This document shows, piece by piece, positions 1 to 12,281 of a stretch of 59,380 bases of DNA (positions are counted from its first letter, which is position 1; each line of letters starts with the position of its first letter). Source of the stretch: Tubiluchus corallicola. Taxonomy: Eukaryota; Animalia; Priapulida. Both the position numbers and the translations under genes were made by a program. Location: assembly GCA_030141605.1 (NCBI GenBank), contig JAQGDQ010001148.1:1-59380 (forward strand), read 5' to 3'. The notes beneath the pieces are model-generated. The model ran no database searches. It saw only the letters and a program-made list of their open reading frames with translations, and had not been told where the DNA came from.

Positions 1-1527
1 TCAAACTGAAGAACAACAACAATACGATGTTTATTCTTATTACGAACACAGCTATATATATAACTAGGAAACTGACTGCAAATTAACATAATTTATTAAG
101 ACCAGACGTATTAACAATATTAACATAATCTATTCTATTAAGACCAGACGGAATTCCTCTGAAGTGTTTCTCTAATTGGCAGCCTTAGATTTAGTATTGT
201 AAAATAGAATCATACGTCTAAATCTAGAAAACTTATCACTTTTGACATACAATACTGACCTTGAACACTTGCCTTTACTTCTTGAACTAAACAGACTCGA
301 CGTGTAGAATTTGACTCACATCAGAAACGATGATTCCTCGTGTTGTTGCTTCACAGTCTGAGCTGTTTTGCAAAACAAGACTTTTTTAAAGTCGAATCGT
401 TAAGCGTGCCTAGCAACTGTCAAAGCTATAATTCAATCTGCTGTACGATTTTTATCATTAATTAATGCACTCTGTTCCAGACTACTGAGCCTAACTTATT
501 TAAAGCTAAAAAGCTAATGTTACCTCAACAAATAAAATGTTAGTACGATCGCTAATTAGACAATTAATGTTAATTAATTAATTGCCCGACTACGGGAGCT
601 TCGGCTGGGTCGGAATAGCTATGATGGACGACCTCAGACCACGAAATACGCTTTTTGTGAAGTAAATCTGTATTTCCCAAGTTTACTAGCTGGGTTCGGC
701 AATAAGCCGCTTCAATATGATTATGCTTCATGGTAGATTCGAGTGACAGATAGTGTCTCTGCGAGTATGCAAGGGTTCTGAGTAATACTAAATCGCACAA
801 ATCAAAGTGAACACACTATTGACAATGATATACAGGTTTAGAGAAATTTATAATAAGATATTTTAACAATAACAATATTCAAATAGATCTACGCGTGTTG
901 CGTTTACAATCAGTAACCCAAATTACACGACTGCAGTGTCGCTGTACAACTCAATATTCTACAATTCCGAGACAACTGTTACTTTAATCAGTACATACAA
1001 TCTCCCACCATTAAGTACAAATTACTTAACAATACTATATAGTGTATAAAGTTACTTAACTCGGGGACTGGCCAATCTTACAAGTTCCTTCAATTGGCCA
1101 AGTCCTGTTCCTATCTTGAGCCGTCCTAAGCTTCAGTGGTTGGAGTTCCAACGACGCAGATGTTCACTCTACGCTGAGCAATAGAAACGATCTCCTACCT
1201 TCAGAGTTTTCTGTCTCAGAGTCCATCCCGTCACCTTCTTGACATCGACAAGAATTCGAACCAACAACCCCTAATTCTTCGTGCACTGTCCTTTTGAACC
1301 TCGGGTCATGTGACAAGACACACTCCGTGGCTGGTCATCAGAGCATTCTGGCTCTATTGATCTGACCACCTAGGCATCTCGACTTTTCCATTGCCTTCAT
1401 GCATTTACTATCAGTAGGACAAGGTCTCATAATGTCACTGTTCCAAAATTTCATAGCCCTACTTTCAGTCCTCATTAACGTTTACTAAATTAGTTCGGAG
1501 CTCGTCTCGTACCCACATGATCGACAT

Positions 1528-1663
1528 CTGGACATTGTATTCTTAATCATGAACAATGGGGTACCACCTGCTCTGGACATTTTATTCTTAATCATGAACA
1601 ATGGGGTACCACCTGATCTAGACATTGTATTCTTAATCATGAACAATGGGGTACCACCTGCTA
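1528..1663. repeat. 45-bp tandem repeat, 3 copies
   Basis: Unit TCTGGACATTGTATTCTTAATCATGAACAATGGGGTACCACCTGC occurs three times with few substitutions. Confidence 0.9.
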
Positions 1664-2590
1664 TTTAGCTAGGAAGTCGGTGGACTGTGGTAATGAGTTA
1701 CAAATTACCTCTTAACTTTATTCTATTCGAAACAGTATAGGCCAATCACCTTTTAGATTTCACAGAGTTCATTCTATACTTATATCTTACTTTGCTTATT
1801 ACTTTAATTATTAATCAGTTGTCCGAAATGTTTTCATACATACATTAAATTCAAGATACAAGCTGGGTGAGTCATTTTCCCTGAACGGAATAATCTTCGT
1901 TCAGATGCTAATTATTCATTAATTGATTTCAATTTTACTTTCCTAATGAATGATTTAACATTCTAAAATAAATTCATAACAGTAGAGTAAGGAGAATGTA
2001 TTTCAAATTGATGATTAAACATTAAATTATTGCTTCAGTCGGAAGCTGAGTTAGGTGGTGCACATCACGCCACGATTAGCTGATGTTTGACCCACATAAG
2101 AGGACGCGTCATGATTATAGATTTGATGACGTACCTCCTATGCGCAGAAGTTTAGTGCGCATCAGGGCAGACTAGAGATCTGATCCGGAGACTGAGGGCT
2201 AGCCTGTGTTCCTTGCTCTTTGTACTTATATCTTATGTTTAATAAGTGTGCAATTTTATGAATAAAGACTTGTTAGTTTGCTATGCCCTCTCGGCTGTTC
2301 ACGACACTCACGAGCCATACAGCTACAGCAACAGTAAACAACAATAAATAGCAGCTATAAACCCTTACAAACTCACTGTTAGTTCGCGTGCCTAGCAATG
2401 TCACTAGGTTTAGTTAATAATTAAAAGTTTGTGAATAATTTGGTACACAATTTATGTGGTACATAATTTGCAGTACTGCCGTACAAAAATGAAGAGCCTT
2501 AACTACGGTTTTAATTCAAACAGGTGGCGCTCTGTGTTGCTATTACAATTATGTTTCATTTAAAGCAGTAGTTTTCGCAAGTAATTTCCC

Positions 2591-3788
2591 ATGACAGCTA
2601 GGGTGTACAAGAACGAGCTCCATTACAGAATTAGAAGCAGTAACTGTCCCGTGACAGCTAGGGTGTACAAAAACGAGCTCCATTACAGAATTAAAAGCAA
2701 TAACTGTCCCGTGACAGCTAGGGTGTACAAGAACGAGCCCCATTACAGAATTAAAGGCAGTAACTGTCCCGTGACAGCTAGGGTGTACAAGAACGAGCTC
2801 CATTACAGAATTCAAGGCAGTAACTGTCCCGTGACAGCTAGGGTGTACAAGAACGAGCCCCATTACAGAATTAAAAGCAGTAACTGTCCCGTGACAACTA
2901 GGGTGTACAAGAACGAGCTCCATTACAGAATTAAAGGCAGTAACTGTCTCGTGACAGCTAGGGTGTACAAGAACCAGCCCAATTACAGAATTAAAGGCAG
3001 TAACTGTCCCGTGACAGCTAGGGTGTGCAAGAACGAGCCCCATTACAGAATTCAAGGCAGTAACTGTCCCGTGACAGCTAGGGTGTGCAAGAACGAGCCC
3101 CATTACAGAATTAAAGGCAGTAACTGTCCCGTGACAGCTAGGGTGTACAAGAACGAGCCCCATTACAGAATTAAAGGCAGTAACTGTCCCGTGACAGCTA
3201 GGGTGTACAAGAACGAGCTCCATTACAGAATTAAAAGCAGTAACTGTCCCGTGACAGCTAGGGTGTACAAGAACGAGCCCCATTACAGAATTAAAGGCAG
3301 TAACTGTCCCGTGACAGCTAGGGTGTACAAGAACGAGCCCCATTACAGAATTAAAGGCAGTAACTGTCCCGTGACAGCTAGGGTGTACAAGAACGAGCTC
3401 CATTACAGAATTAAAATCAGTAACTGTCCCGTGACAGCTAGGGTGTGCAAGAACGAGCCCCATTACAGAATTAAAGGCAGTAACTGTCCCGTGACAGCTA
3501 GGGTGCACAAGAACGAGCCCCATTACAGAATTAAAGGCAGTAACTGTCCCGTGACAGCTAGGGTGTACAAGAACGAGCTCCATTACAGAATTAAAATCAG
3601 TAACTGTCCCGTGACAGCTAGGGTGTACAAGAACGAGCCCCATTACAGAATTAAAGGCAGTAACTGTCCCGTGACAGCTAGGGTGTACAAGAACGAGCAT
3701 CATTACAGAATTAAAGGTAGTAACTGTCCCGTGGCAGCTAGGGTGTGCAAGAACGAGCCCATTACAGAATTAAAGGCAGTAACTGTCC
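2591..3788. repeat. 60-bp minisatellite, ~20 copies
   Basis: Unit GTGACAGCTAGGGTGTACAAGAACGAGCCCCATTACAGAATTAAAGGCAGTAACTGTCCC lines up row after row in the 60-nt display. It explains ORFs 2549..3703(-) and 2591..3862(+). Confidence 0.97.
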
Positions 3789-4659
3789 AGGGAACTATGA
3801 GAACTGGCACTTATAGGATCTCACTAAACAGAAATAAAAGCAGTAACTTCCCAGCAAACTAAACAGCAGTATCTTCGTTACATTTGTGGCCTGTCTTCCA
3901 TTAGAATACAAATTTAGACACTGCTGTTTGACTTTGTGAGAAATGACATTGGCCCCATTGTTAAGCTAAAAAGGCAAGAAGCAGCACCTGCCAAGGCAAT
4001 AGCTCGTGTCATTTAATTCTATTTATAAATGGACGGCTTCGTTTCTGTTTTTGCAGAATAGCAGACAGTTATATAATAATGTTTAGATATTCATCTTCAT
4101 TAGAGCCATAATTATTTGGAAGCAACATTGCAAACTTTAATTCACAATAGAAATATGATGTGTAATTGAGGCTGGTTTGCTATAAATCATTCCCCGTGTT
4201 ACTGATGACATTAACATTAATAATTAACATTAATATCATAAATAACATGGGAGTTTTTTGTAGCAACTTGGTCCAGCCTCAACTACGTATGGTAGCCATA
4301 GTTTTTATCACTAGCTGCATGCAGGGGGCGTATCAATACATTACGGTGTTTTTGGTTGATAATTCAGTCCCCCACCCATCTCTATTATGGATTTATGATT
4401 GTTTATATTTGAACTGTAATGAATAATTACTTGTGGCGCGTTACAAAATATGCGCTTTATATGAATATGAAAGGAAATACATTTTTCGAGGAGAATAAGA
4501 ATTTTTTTACACTGGATCCCTAAATCTGGCGCCCTCAAAATTTAGCACGCTAGGCTACACCTAGTTAGTTACGCATAATTATTTCATGTAATTCTCTGTG
4601 CGACGTTTTTATAGTGGATAAAAACAAACACCCAAAACATTTGGCTTGCAGCCGCTGCA

Positions 4660-4966
4660 ATGGATTGGTCAAAATTTCAAAGCAGCATTTTTCTTATCGT
4701 GCTGTATCCTTGGCTGAGTTTAGCAAGTGATTTAACTTTAACAAATTATAAAAAAGTGTTGACAGATAAAATTATAGCAGGATGCATTCTTGACACAAGA
4801 TATGTCCGTAGTACACTTGATTGTGCACGCCAGTGTATCAAGCAGGCAAGATGTGTTGGTTTCGGAACAGGTCCAAGCGACAACGGAACATTGTGTGATC
4901 TAAGAGCTCATGCAGCAAGTAACTTCGCCCAAACTGTAATGGATAATTTTATATTGTACCAGAAAG
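4660..4966 (+). CDS. Exon 1 of a secreted PAN/apple-domain protein (rest of gene unresolved)
   Basis: ATG, signal-peptide-like MDWSKFQSSIFLIVLYPWLSLAS, then the PAN-type pattern C-x3-C-x5-C-x2-F...C-x-L (STLDCARQCIKQARCVGFGTGPSDNGTLCDL). Phase-1 donor AAG|GTAAAG at 4966/4967; the ORF beyond looks intronic. Confidence 0.75.
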
Positions 4967-6150
4967 GTAAAGTTTTGTTGATATCACTGGTAGTTCAATT
5001 TAAATGCTTAATTTTAATTAGTAGAAATCCTACACTAAAACACCGTAATTACGTTGAAATGAGTGTATGGCTGGAATTGTGGCCTCTTGGTTGTTTTGTC
5101 AATTAGCCAGTGGGTTGATGAGAAGAGGTAGATACGGTGGTTGAGACATTACAATTAGTTTGCAACTCAATACACTGAAGGCCAATTATCGACATTGGTT
5201 ATTGTTAAACATGTTTTACGATTGATGATGTAAGACTCTTAACTAACGTTAAAAAAGCCACTTTAGTGACATTTAAATACTCCTAGTATGTGCCGGTCCA
5301 TACAAAAATGTGGGCTAATTTAAAATAAGTTTGTAAAAATGTCACAAAAATTGTGAACCCTTTCCACATTTTAGCCCTCATCTGAATATGCTTTTATACC
5401 AAATTTCTTCTTATTATACCTTAATGCTTATCTGATTAAAAACTAAAGCTCATTAATCATCAGTATTGATACTTTTTGACTTATTAAGCAACGAATTTTC
5501 GGAGAATAAATATTGATAGGACAAACAAAAATAATTTGGCGAGGAACTAATATCAAATACATGAAGAAGCCAGCCTCTAGGAGTCAATATCATGTTTATT
5601 AATTGCAGATGATCCTTTCTACAGATGTGTCATTATCAATGTTAGAAGTCAAGCTAAAAAGAATAATTAGTACATCTATGATGCTAATATTGTAATATTT
5701 TGTGCGGTGGTATTACTGTATCATAAATATTCTAATTATTCTTTTTGGCTTGATTTCTAGCATTGAGAATGACACGTATGTTGAAACGATTGTCTGAGTC
5801 TGATAAACATGTTGAACTAATATCAGTTCTTACTAAGTAAAAGGCCCATATAGAATCAAGGATAATCACATTAGTCACAGTAGTAAATTAATTCTGAAGT
5901 TCATAATTTTGTCTTTTATAGACGGCATTCTATTTTATTCTATTGTAATTTTCGCGACTGAAATGTAAGTTTAGGAGTTAGCCAGTTACTTAACAGCCTA
6001 TGACTTTGTAACTGATTTGTTTCTGATGAAACTGATTTTCAATAATGCAACCAAAAACAATCGCTGTTGTTAATAACAATCTTGTATCGCTTTATTACTG
6101 ACATTTCGACACAGTCTTGAATCATCGTCAGAGCACTAGCTTGTGAAAGC

Positions 6151-6520
6151 TAGAGGTGACCATTCTCTATCAAAAAAACTAATTCAAATCGAATCAAATT
6201 TTTGACTTTCAAACGCGAATCAAACCGAATTCAAAATCAGTTTTAAAGATTTTCGAATGGATTTTTGAATCACTAATAAAAAGCTGTCTGGCAAAGATAA
6301 TGCGTATTGCTTGACATTGTTCTGCAGTAAAAAAAATTGTTTAAAAATTATGCACAGAAATCACTAAGTTGTGCTGATTGCTGTTTCAAACGTTTTAGTG
6401 ATAAAGAACATATGTAGTTGATGTGGTGAATTATTCGAATCCGCAATTTTAGGTTCGTTTAGAAAAACTGGTTGGAATCGAAGTCGAACTTTCGAATACG
6501 TACGTTCTCTGTTCAACCTA
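6151..6520. mobile_element. Old hAT-type MITE, ~370 bp
   Basis: 8-bp flanking direct repeat GTGAAAGC (6143-6150) / GTGAAAGT (6521-6528), degenerate TAG...CTA termini, and clustered subterminal (C)GAATC motifs. Confidence 0.55.
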
Positions 6521-6703
6521 GTGAAAGTGCTCTGACAATGAAGCAAGTTTGCATTGAAACATAAGCTGTAAAGAGGTGCTATGTTGTTATCAACAATACC
6601 CGTGTTTTCAACAATATAAGTATAAACCTACTACTATGCATAAACTGTTCATTATTATTTATTTGTCACTGTTGCTGACTGTTTATACTTTCCATACTTA
6701 CAG

Positions 6704-6813
6704 AGGTCCATGTATCCACCTTTGAATGACGTAGACGTCCCTTTTGCACACGTAATCTATGGCACAAGGTTTTACATAGAGGGCAGAGTAACCGACATTC
6801 TTAAGCGTAATGG
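6704..6813 (+). CDS. Candidate internal exon, possibly of the PAN gene; weakly galectin N-terminus-like
   Basis: Pyrimidine-rich acceptor ...TACTTACAG|, open frame RSMYPPLNDVDVPFAHVIYGTRFYIEGRVTDILKRNG, donor GG|GTAGGC. It does not join exon 1 in phase directly. Confidence 0.35.
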
Positions 6814-7053
6814 GTAGGCATTTGTATTTGCCAAAATAACTTCCTAGTGTGACCAGTCACTTGTCGTTGTTTAACTCATATGGTTTCCTTTTAGGAACCC
6901 AATATATCATATTTAACATAGATATGAGCAGAATTTGCCCATTTATCGTTAACATCATTTATTATCAAACACATGTACAGTTAAGTCACATAAGTGGTTC
7001 AAATAAAAAAAGTAAGTAGACTAATAGTGAAAGTAAAGATAAATATTAAACCC

Positions 7054-7243
7054 TAACAACAACGACAACGCCAACGCCAACGCCAACGCCACCGCCACCG
7101 CCACCGCCAACAGCAACAGTCATAGTAGTAATAGTAATAGTAATAGTAATAGTAATAGTAATAGTAATAGTAATAGTAACAGTAACAGTAACAGTAACAG
7201 TAACAGTAACAGTAACAGTAACAGTAACAGTAACAGTAACAGT
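7054..7243. repeat. Compound microsatellite (AAC)n/(AACGCC)n/(ACCGCC)n/(AGTAAT)n/(AGTAAC)n
   Basis: Directly visible simple repeats. Confidence 0.95.
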
Positions 7244-7484
7244 ACACGTGTTTCCGTTCCCTTGGCCCTCTGTACACGACTCTGCTTCAAGTTTGACTAC
7301 TGTATCAGCTGTGCAACACATGGTTACAGTATTACATACATTATTTTAGCTAGTTGCTCTAAATATTAATTTATACCTTAGTTTAATGTTGCCGTTTTCT
7401 GAAAAGTAGAAAATTTTGAACTATGAAATGTTTTAATTCTCCTATCACTGTCAAACATTGTAATTAACAATCTATGGTCAATAA

Positions 7485-8103
7485 ACTACTGCTGCTACTA
7501 CTACTGCTGCTGCTACTACTACTGCTGCTACTAATACTGCTACTGCTACTGCTGCTGCTGCTGCTGCTGCTACAACTACTGCTACTACTACTGCTGCTGC
7601 TGCTGCTACTGCTACTACTACTGCTGCTACTGCTACTACTGCTGCTGCTACTACTACTACTGCTGCTGCTGCTACTGCTGCTACTACTACTACTACTACT
7701 ACTACTGCTACTACTACTGCTACTACTACTGCTACTACTACTGCTGCTGCTGCTGCTACTGCTACTGCTGCTACTACTACTGCTACTACTGCTACTGCTG
7801 CTGCTACTACCCCGCCACCATACCTACACCACCGCCATTACCACCGCTACTACCACTACCACCACCACTACCACTACCACTACCACCACTACCACTACTA
7901 CCACCACTACTACTACCATCTCATCACTACTACTACTACTACCACCACCACTACCACTACCACCACCACTACCACTGCCGCTGCCGCCGCTGCCACACGG
8001 CTGCTGCCACTACCGCCGCTGCTGCCTGCTACCACTCGCCACCACTACCGCTACCGCTACCACCACCACCACTGCTGCTACTGCTACTCTACCGCAGCCG
8101 CTG

Positions 8104-8187
<84 letters not shown>

Positions 8188-8796
8188 GTGCTACTACTAC
8201 TACCACCACCACCACCACCACCGCCGCCGCCGCCGCCGCTGCCGCCGCCGCCGCTGCCGCCGCCACCACCCCGCCACCGCCACCACCGCTACCACCACCA
8301 CCGCCACCACCACTACCAACCACCACGCCGCCGCTGCCACCGCCGCCGTCACGCCACCACCGCCGCCGCCGCCACCACCGCCACTACCACCGCTGCGCCA
8401 CCACCACCACCACCACCGCCGCCACCGCCACCACCGCCGCCGCCGCCACCACCACCGCCTACCACCGCCACCACTACCGCCACCGCCGCCGCTGCCGCCG
8501 CTACCACCGCCGCTCCACCACCACCGCCAGTACCACCACCGCCACCGTTGCCGCTACCACCGCTGCCGCCGCTACCACCGCTGCCGCTACCACTACCGCT
8601 GCCACCACTACTCACCAGCTGCCGCTTACCACCGCCGCTGCTACTACTACTACTACTGCTGCTGCTGCTACACGGCTGCTGCTGCTGATGCTACTGCTAC
8701 TGCTACTGCTGCCGCTGCCGCTGCCGCTGCCGCTGCCGCTGCCGCTACCGCTACCGCTACCGCTACCGCTACCACTACCACTACCACTACCACTAC

Positions 8797-8827
<31 letters not shown>

Positions 8828-8984
8828 GCTGCTGCTGCTACTACCTCTGCTACTACTACTGCTATTACTACTGCTACTACTACTGCTACTGCTGCTGCTA
8901 CTACCTCTGCTACTACTACTGCTATTACTACTGCTACTACTACTACTACTACTGTTTCTACTGCTACTACTACTGCTGCTACTG

Positions 8985-9037
<53 letters not shown>

Positions 9038-9186
9038 ACTACTGCTGCTGCACGGCTGCTGCTGCTGCTGTTACTGCTGCTGCTGCTACTACTACTACTG
9101 CTACTGCTACTGTTGCTGCTGCTGCTGCTACTGGTGCTGCTGCTACTGCTACTACTGCTGCTGCTACTACTACCACTGCTACTGCA
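7485..9186. repeat. ~1.7-kb compound trinucleotide tract (CTA/CTG/CCA/CCG)n
   Basis: Directly visible; the source of the poly-L/T/P/A/V/C ORFs. Confidence 0.97.
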
Positions 9187-9461
9187 AATTACAGACAAGG
9201 GTTTCGAGGACCATATCGAAAAATTAAATTGATGTCAAATAGCTTTAATAAAGAGAAAGCGAGCCTGTCCTGATCGCGCACTGTTAACACTAATTTATGT
9301 CTAATTTATTGCAGTCAGAAAGGCTGCATTACGCTTAAACATTAGTGGGTATTGATTGATTGTGATTTTGCATTAATTGTGCTGTGAAAATAATCCAGTC
9401 AAAAATAGTCATTAGAGAAATATAACGATTTGTATAAATTCTAGCCACACTAATAATACAC

Positions 9462-9467
9462 TTTATT
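9462..9467 (-). promoter_or_regulatory. Probable polyadenylation signal of the collagen-like gene
   Basis: TTTATT on + (AATAAA on -) about 490 nt downstream of the stop at 9955. Another TTTATT lies near 9832, so the site used is uncertain. Confidence 0.4.
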
Positions 9468-9954
9468 AACAAAATTCAAATTTAACTGTTACACTTTACA
9501 TTTCAAATTAAGTTACAAATCACAACAAAAACAATCACATAATTCACAGCACTTTAAATAATAATCTCACATACAGGCCTATATAAAAAACAAGAAAAAG
9601 GGGATCACACTTTTGTGGTACCTGCTGATAGGTGGTCACTGATCAGCGGTGACACTTTCTCTTTATAGGCAAGGTTAACTAAACGCATGGTTACACATGC
9701 ATGAACGAAGCATACGATCTAAATAATATTGTAAGGCCACCAAAGAAGCCAGGCTTGGTTTAAAGCGGATTTTCCGTCACTAAACAAATAGAAGCACCAA
9801 CAATTATTCTGACTCTTTTATACGAAGATACTTTTATTCTTAGCCTACTTTGTTTTTCATTGTCAACAACTATACAGATAAAACAGGTGTTAGCGTTCTA
9901 CCATTTTTATTTACCAAAATTATTGCACACAATTTTAAAAATAAAATCTGTGGA

Positions 9955-12281
9955 TCAGATAATGTGTGAACTATGATAAGGATCATTATTATATATTAAC
10001 TGGGATGTTCCGGATCCGGTACCCCGAGTTTTTCTTTGGTTACGCAGTCGCCTGCGATGTTTGTTTAATTCGTCGCTTAAGTGTTTTATCATGGAAAGTT
10101 CCTCGACCCTGCCTGGAATACTGGCATAAAGCTTCCTATGTGGAATAGGAGGTTCAGGTGATACGGCTTGTTGGCCAATAAATGGCTGGACTTCAACTGT
10201 TTTAGCAGAGAAAGCGCAATCACATCTACCTAAATGTACAAAATAGTAACTTTAATTGTGACTTTAAAGCGCCTATAATATAAAGAGCAAAAAACGCATT
10301 TGTCGGTCTACAGTGTACCCTTTTTGCGCTACTTCAAGCAAAATTTCTTGCTGCCAGCGAATTATGGAAAATTTTTGCTTGCTGCAGTCAAATAGCAGCC
10401 ACGCTTGGCACGACAGTTTTGTGGCATTAAAACTAGGCGTATGACACTTGGCATTAAAACTAGGCGTGTGGCACTTGGCATCAAAACTAGGCGTGTGACA
10501 CTTGGCATCAAAACTAGGCGTGTGACACTTGGCATTAAAACTAGGCGTGTGACACTTGGCATTAAAACTAGGCGTGTGACACTTGGCATCAAAACTAGGC
10601 GTGTGGCACTTGGCATCAAAACTAGGCGTGTGACACTTGGCATCAAAACAAGGCGCATCAAAAATTAGACTTAGTGCAAAAATCAGCCCTTTTCTTTTGG
10701 TGCTTTCCTTTCCTTTCATTTTATTTTGAAGTATTTTTATTATTCTTGAAATAATTGCTAGACCAGCAGACCGAATTTCATACAGTCAGTAATTTACCGC
10801 TTTGCATTATTGCAAATAGATAAGTTTAAGATCTGAGAGTGGTCATTGTTAAAATGATAGATATAAACGAATATCTTGCTTACCTTGCTTATTATGTCTT
10901 GCCTTGTCTCGCCTTACCTTACCTTACCTGGCCTTACTTTGCCTTGCCTTGCCTTACCTTACCTTGCCTTGCCTTACTTTGCCTTGTCCTGCCTTATTAT
11001 GTCTTGCCTTACAATACCTTGCCTTGCGTTACCCTGCATTACCTTCCTTGCCAAGTTTCATATGCATACAATTCTTCCTCAATGGTTTACTTTGGCCAAC
11101 AGAAACAGTTTTCTTGTCCTCTAATGACCAAGCCCAGCATAGCTTAACTTGGGTTGCTAAACACACAATATGACCTCACAATAACACCACGATAAAACGA
11201 GTTATTTTTAAATTAAGTTCATGAGTGCTAAACATGAATGCATACTACTTACCAGGTGGACCTGGCAATCCACGTGGACCACGTAAACCAGTACCAGGGC
11301 GACCAGGAAGACCAGGAGGAGATGGCAGACCAGGAAGTCCACGAAGACCCTGTGCACCAGATGGTCCTGATGGGCCAGAAGGCCCTGATGGTCCGGGTGG
11401 TCCAGATGGACCAGAAGGTCCAGTTGCCCCTGTTGGGCCAGATGGCCCTGATGGGCCTGATAGACCTGGTGCACCAGATGGTCCTGATGGGCCAGAAGGC
11501 CCTGGTGGGCCTGATGGTCCCAGTGGGCCAGATGGACCAGTTGCCCCTCTTGGGCCAGATGGCCCCGATGGGCCAGATGGACCTGGTTCGCCAGAAGGAC
11601 CTGATGGGCCTGAAGGACCAGGACTGCCAGAAGGGCCAGAAGGACCAGAAGGACCAGAAGGACCAGGAGGCCCACTTGGGCCAGATGGACCTGCTGCACC
11701 AGATGGTCCTAGTGGGCCAGACGGCCCTATCGGGCCAGATGGACCGGTAGGCCCAGTTGCACCAGCTGGGCCCGAAGGACCAGAAGGGCCAGGTAGCCCT
11801 GATGGACCTGGTTCACCTGAAGGACCTGATGGGCCAGACGGCCCTGTTGGACCAGGTGGACCGGAAGGACCAGTTGCACCAGCTGGGCCTGAAGGACCAG
11901 AAGGACCAGGTGGACCTGTTTCACCAGATGGCCCTGATGGGCCAGACGGCCCTGTTGGACCAGGTGGACCAGAAGGACCAGTTGCACCTGCTGGGCCCGA
12001 AGGACCTGAAGGACCAGGAGGCCCTGATGGTCCTGGTTCACCAGAAGGACCTGGTGGGCCTGAAGAACCAGGATCACCGGAAGGGCCAGGAGGACCGGAA
12101 GGACCAGAAGGACCAGGGAGACCGCTTGGGCCAGGTGGACCTGTTCCGCCAGATGGCCCTGGTGGGCCAGACGGTCCTGTTGGACCTTCTGCGCCAGAAG
12201 GACCAGTTGCACCAGTTGGGCCTGAAGGACCAGAAGGACCAGGAGGACCAGGAGGACCAGACGGACAAGGATCATCACAAT
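9955..12281 (-). CDS. Collagen-like protein, last two coding exons (5' exons not resolved)
   Basis: Exon 12281..11253 (1029 nt, TTTTGCAG| and G|GTAAGT, phase 1-1) encodes CDDPCPS followed by 104 uninterrupted Gly-X-Y triplets and a short imperfect tail. Terminal exon 10229..9955 (CATTTAG|) completes the Gly codon and stays open for 90 aa: [91 protein letters not shown]. Confidence 0.88.
10404..10662. repeat. 27-bp minisatellite, ~9 copies, in the last intron of the collagen-like gene
   Basis: Unit CTTGGCATCAAAACTAGGCGTGTGACA. Confidence 0.93.
10874..11052. repeat. Degenerate pentanucleotide repeat (CCTTG/CCTTA)n
   Basis: Directly visible. Confidence 0.85.

Noticed and set aside
1997-2327. 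Possible solo LTR (TGTA...AATAAAG...TACA)
   Set aside because: The composition is suggestive, but I found no target-site duplication or convincing terminal inverted repeat.
4322-4575. hAT-like relic starting CAGGGGGCGTA upstream of the PAN gene; similar scraps near 17560, 44381 and 45780
   Set aside because: Only one recognisable end and no TSD; too decayed to delimit.
7474-9227. Long poly-Leu/Thr/Pro/Ala/Cys ORFs
   Set aside because: They are translations of a trinucleotide tract open in several frames on both strands, with no unique domain or splice support.
9676-9718. Alternative terminal exon for the collagen (DRMLRSCMCNHAFS*)
   Set aside because: The exon at 10229-9955 is nearer, preserves the Gly and stays open for 90 codons; this segment is more likely 3' UTR.
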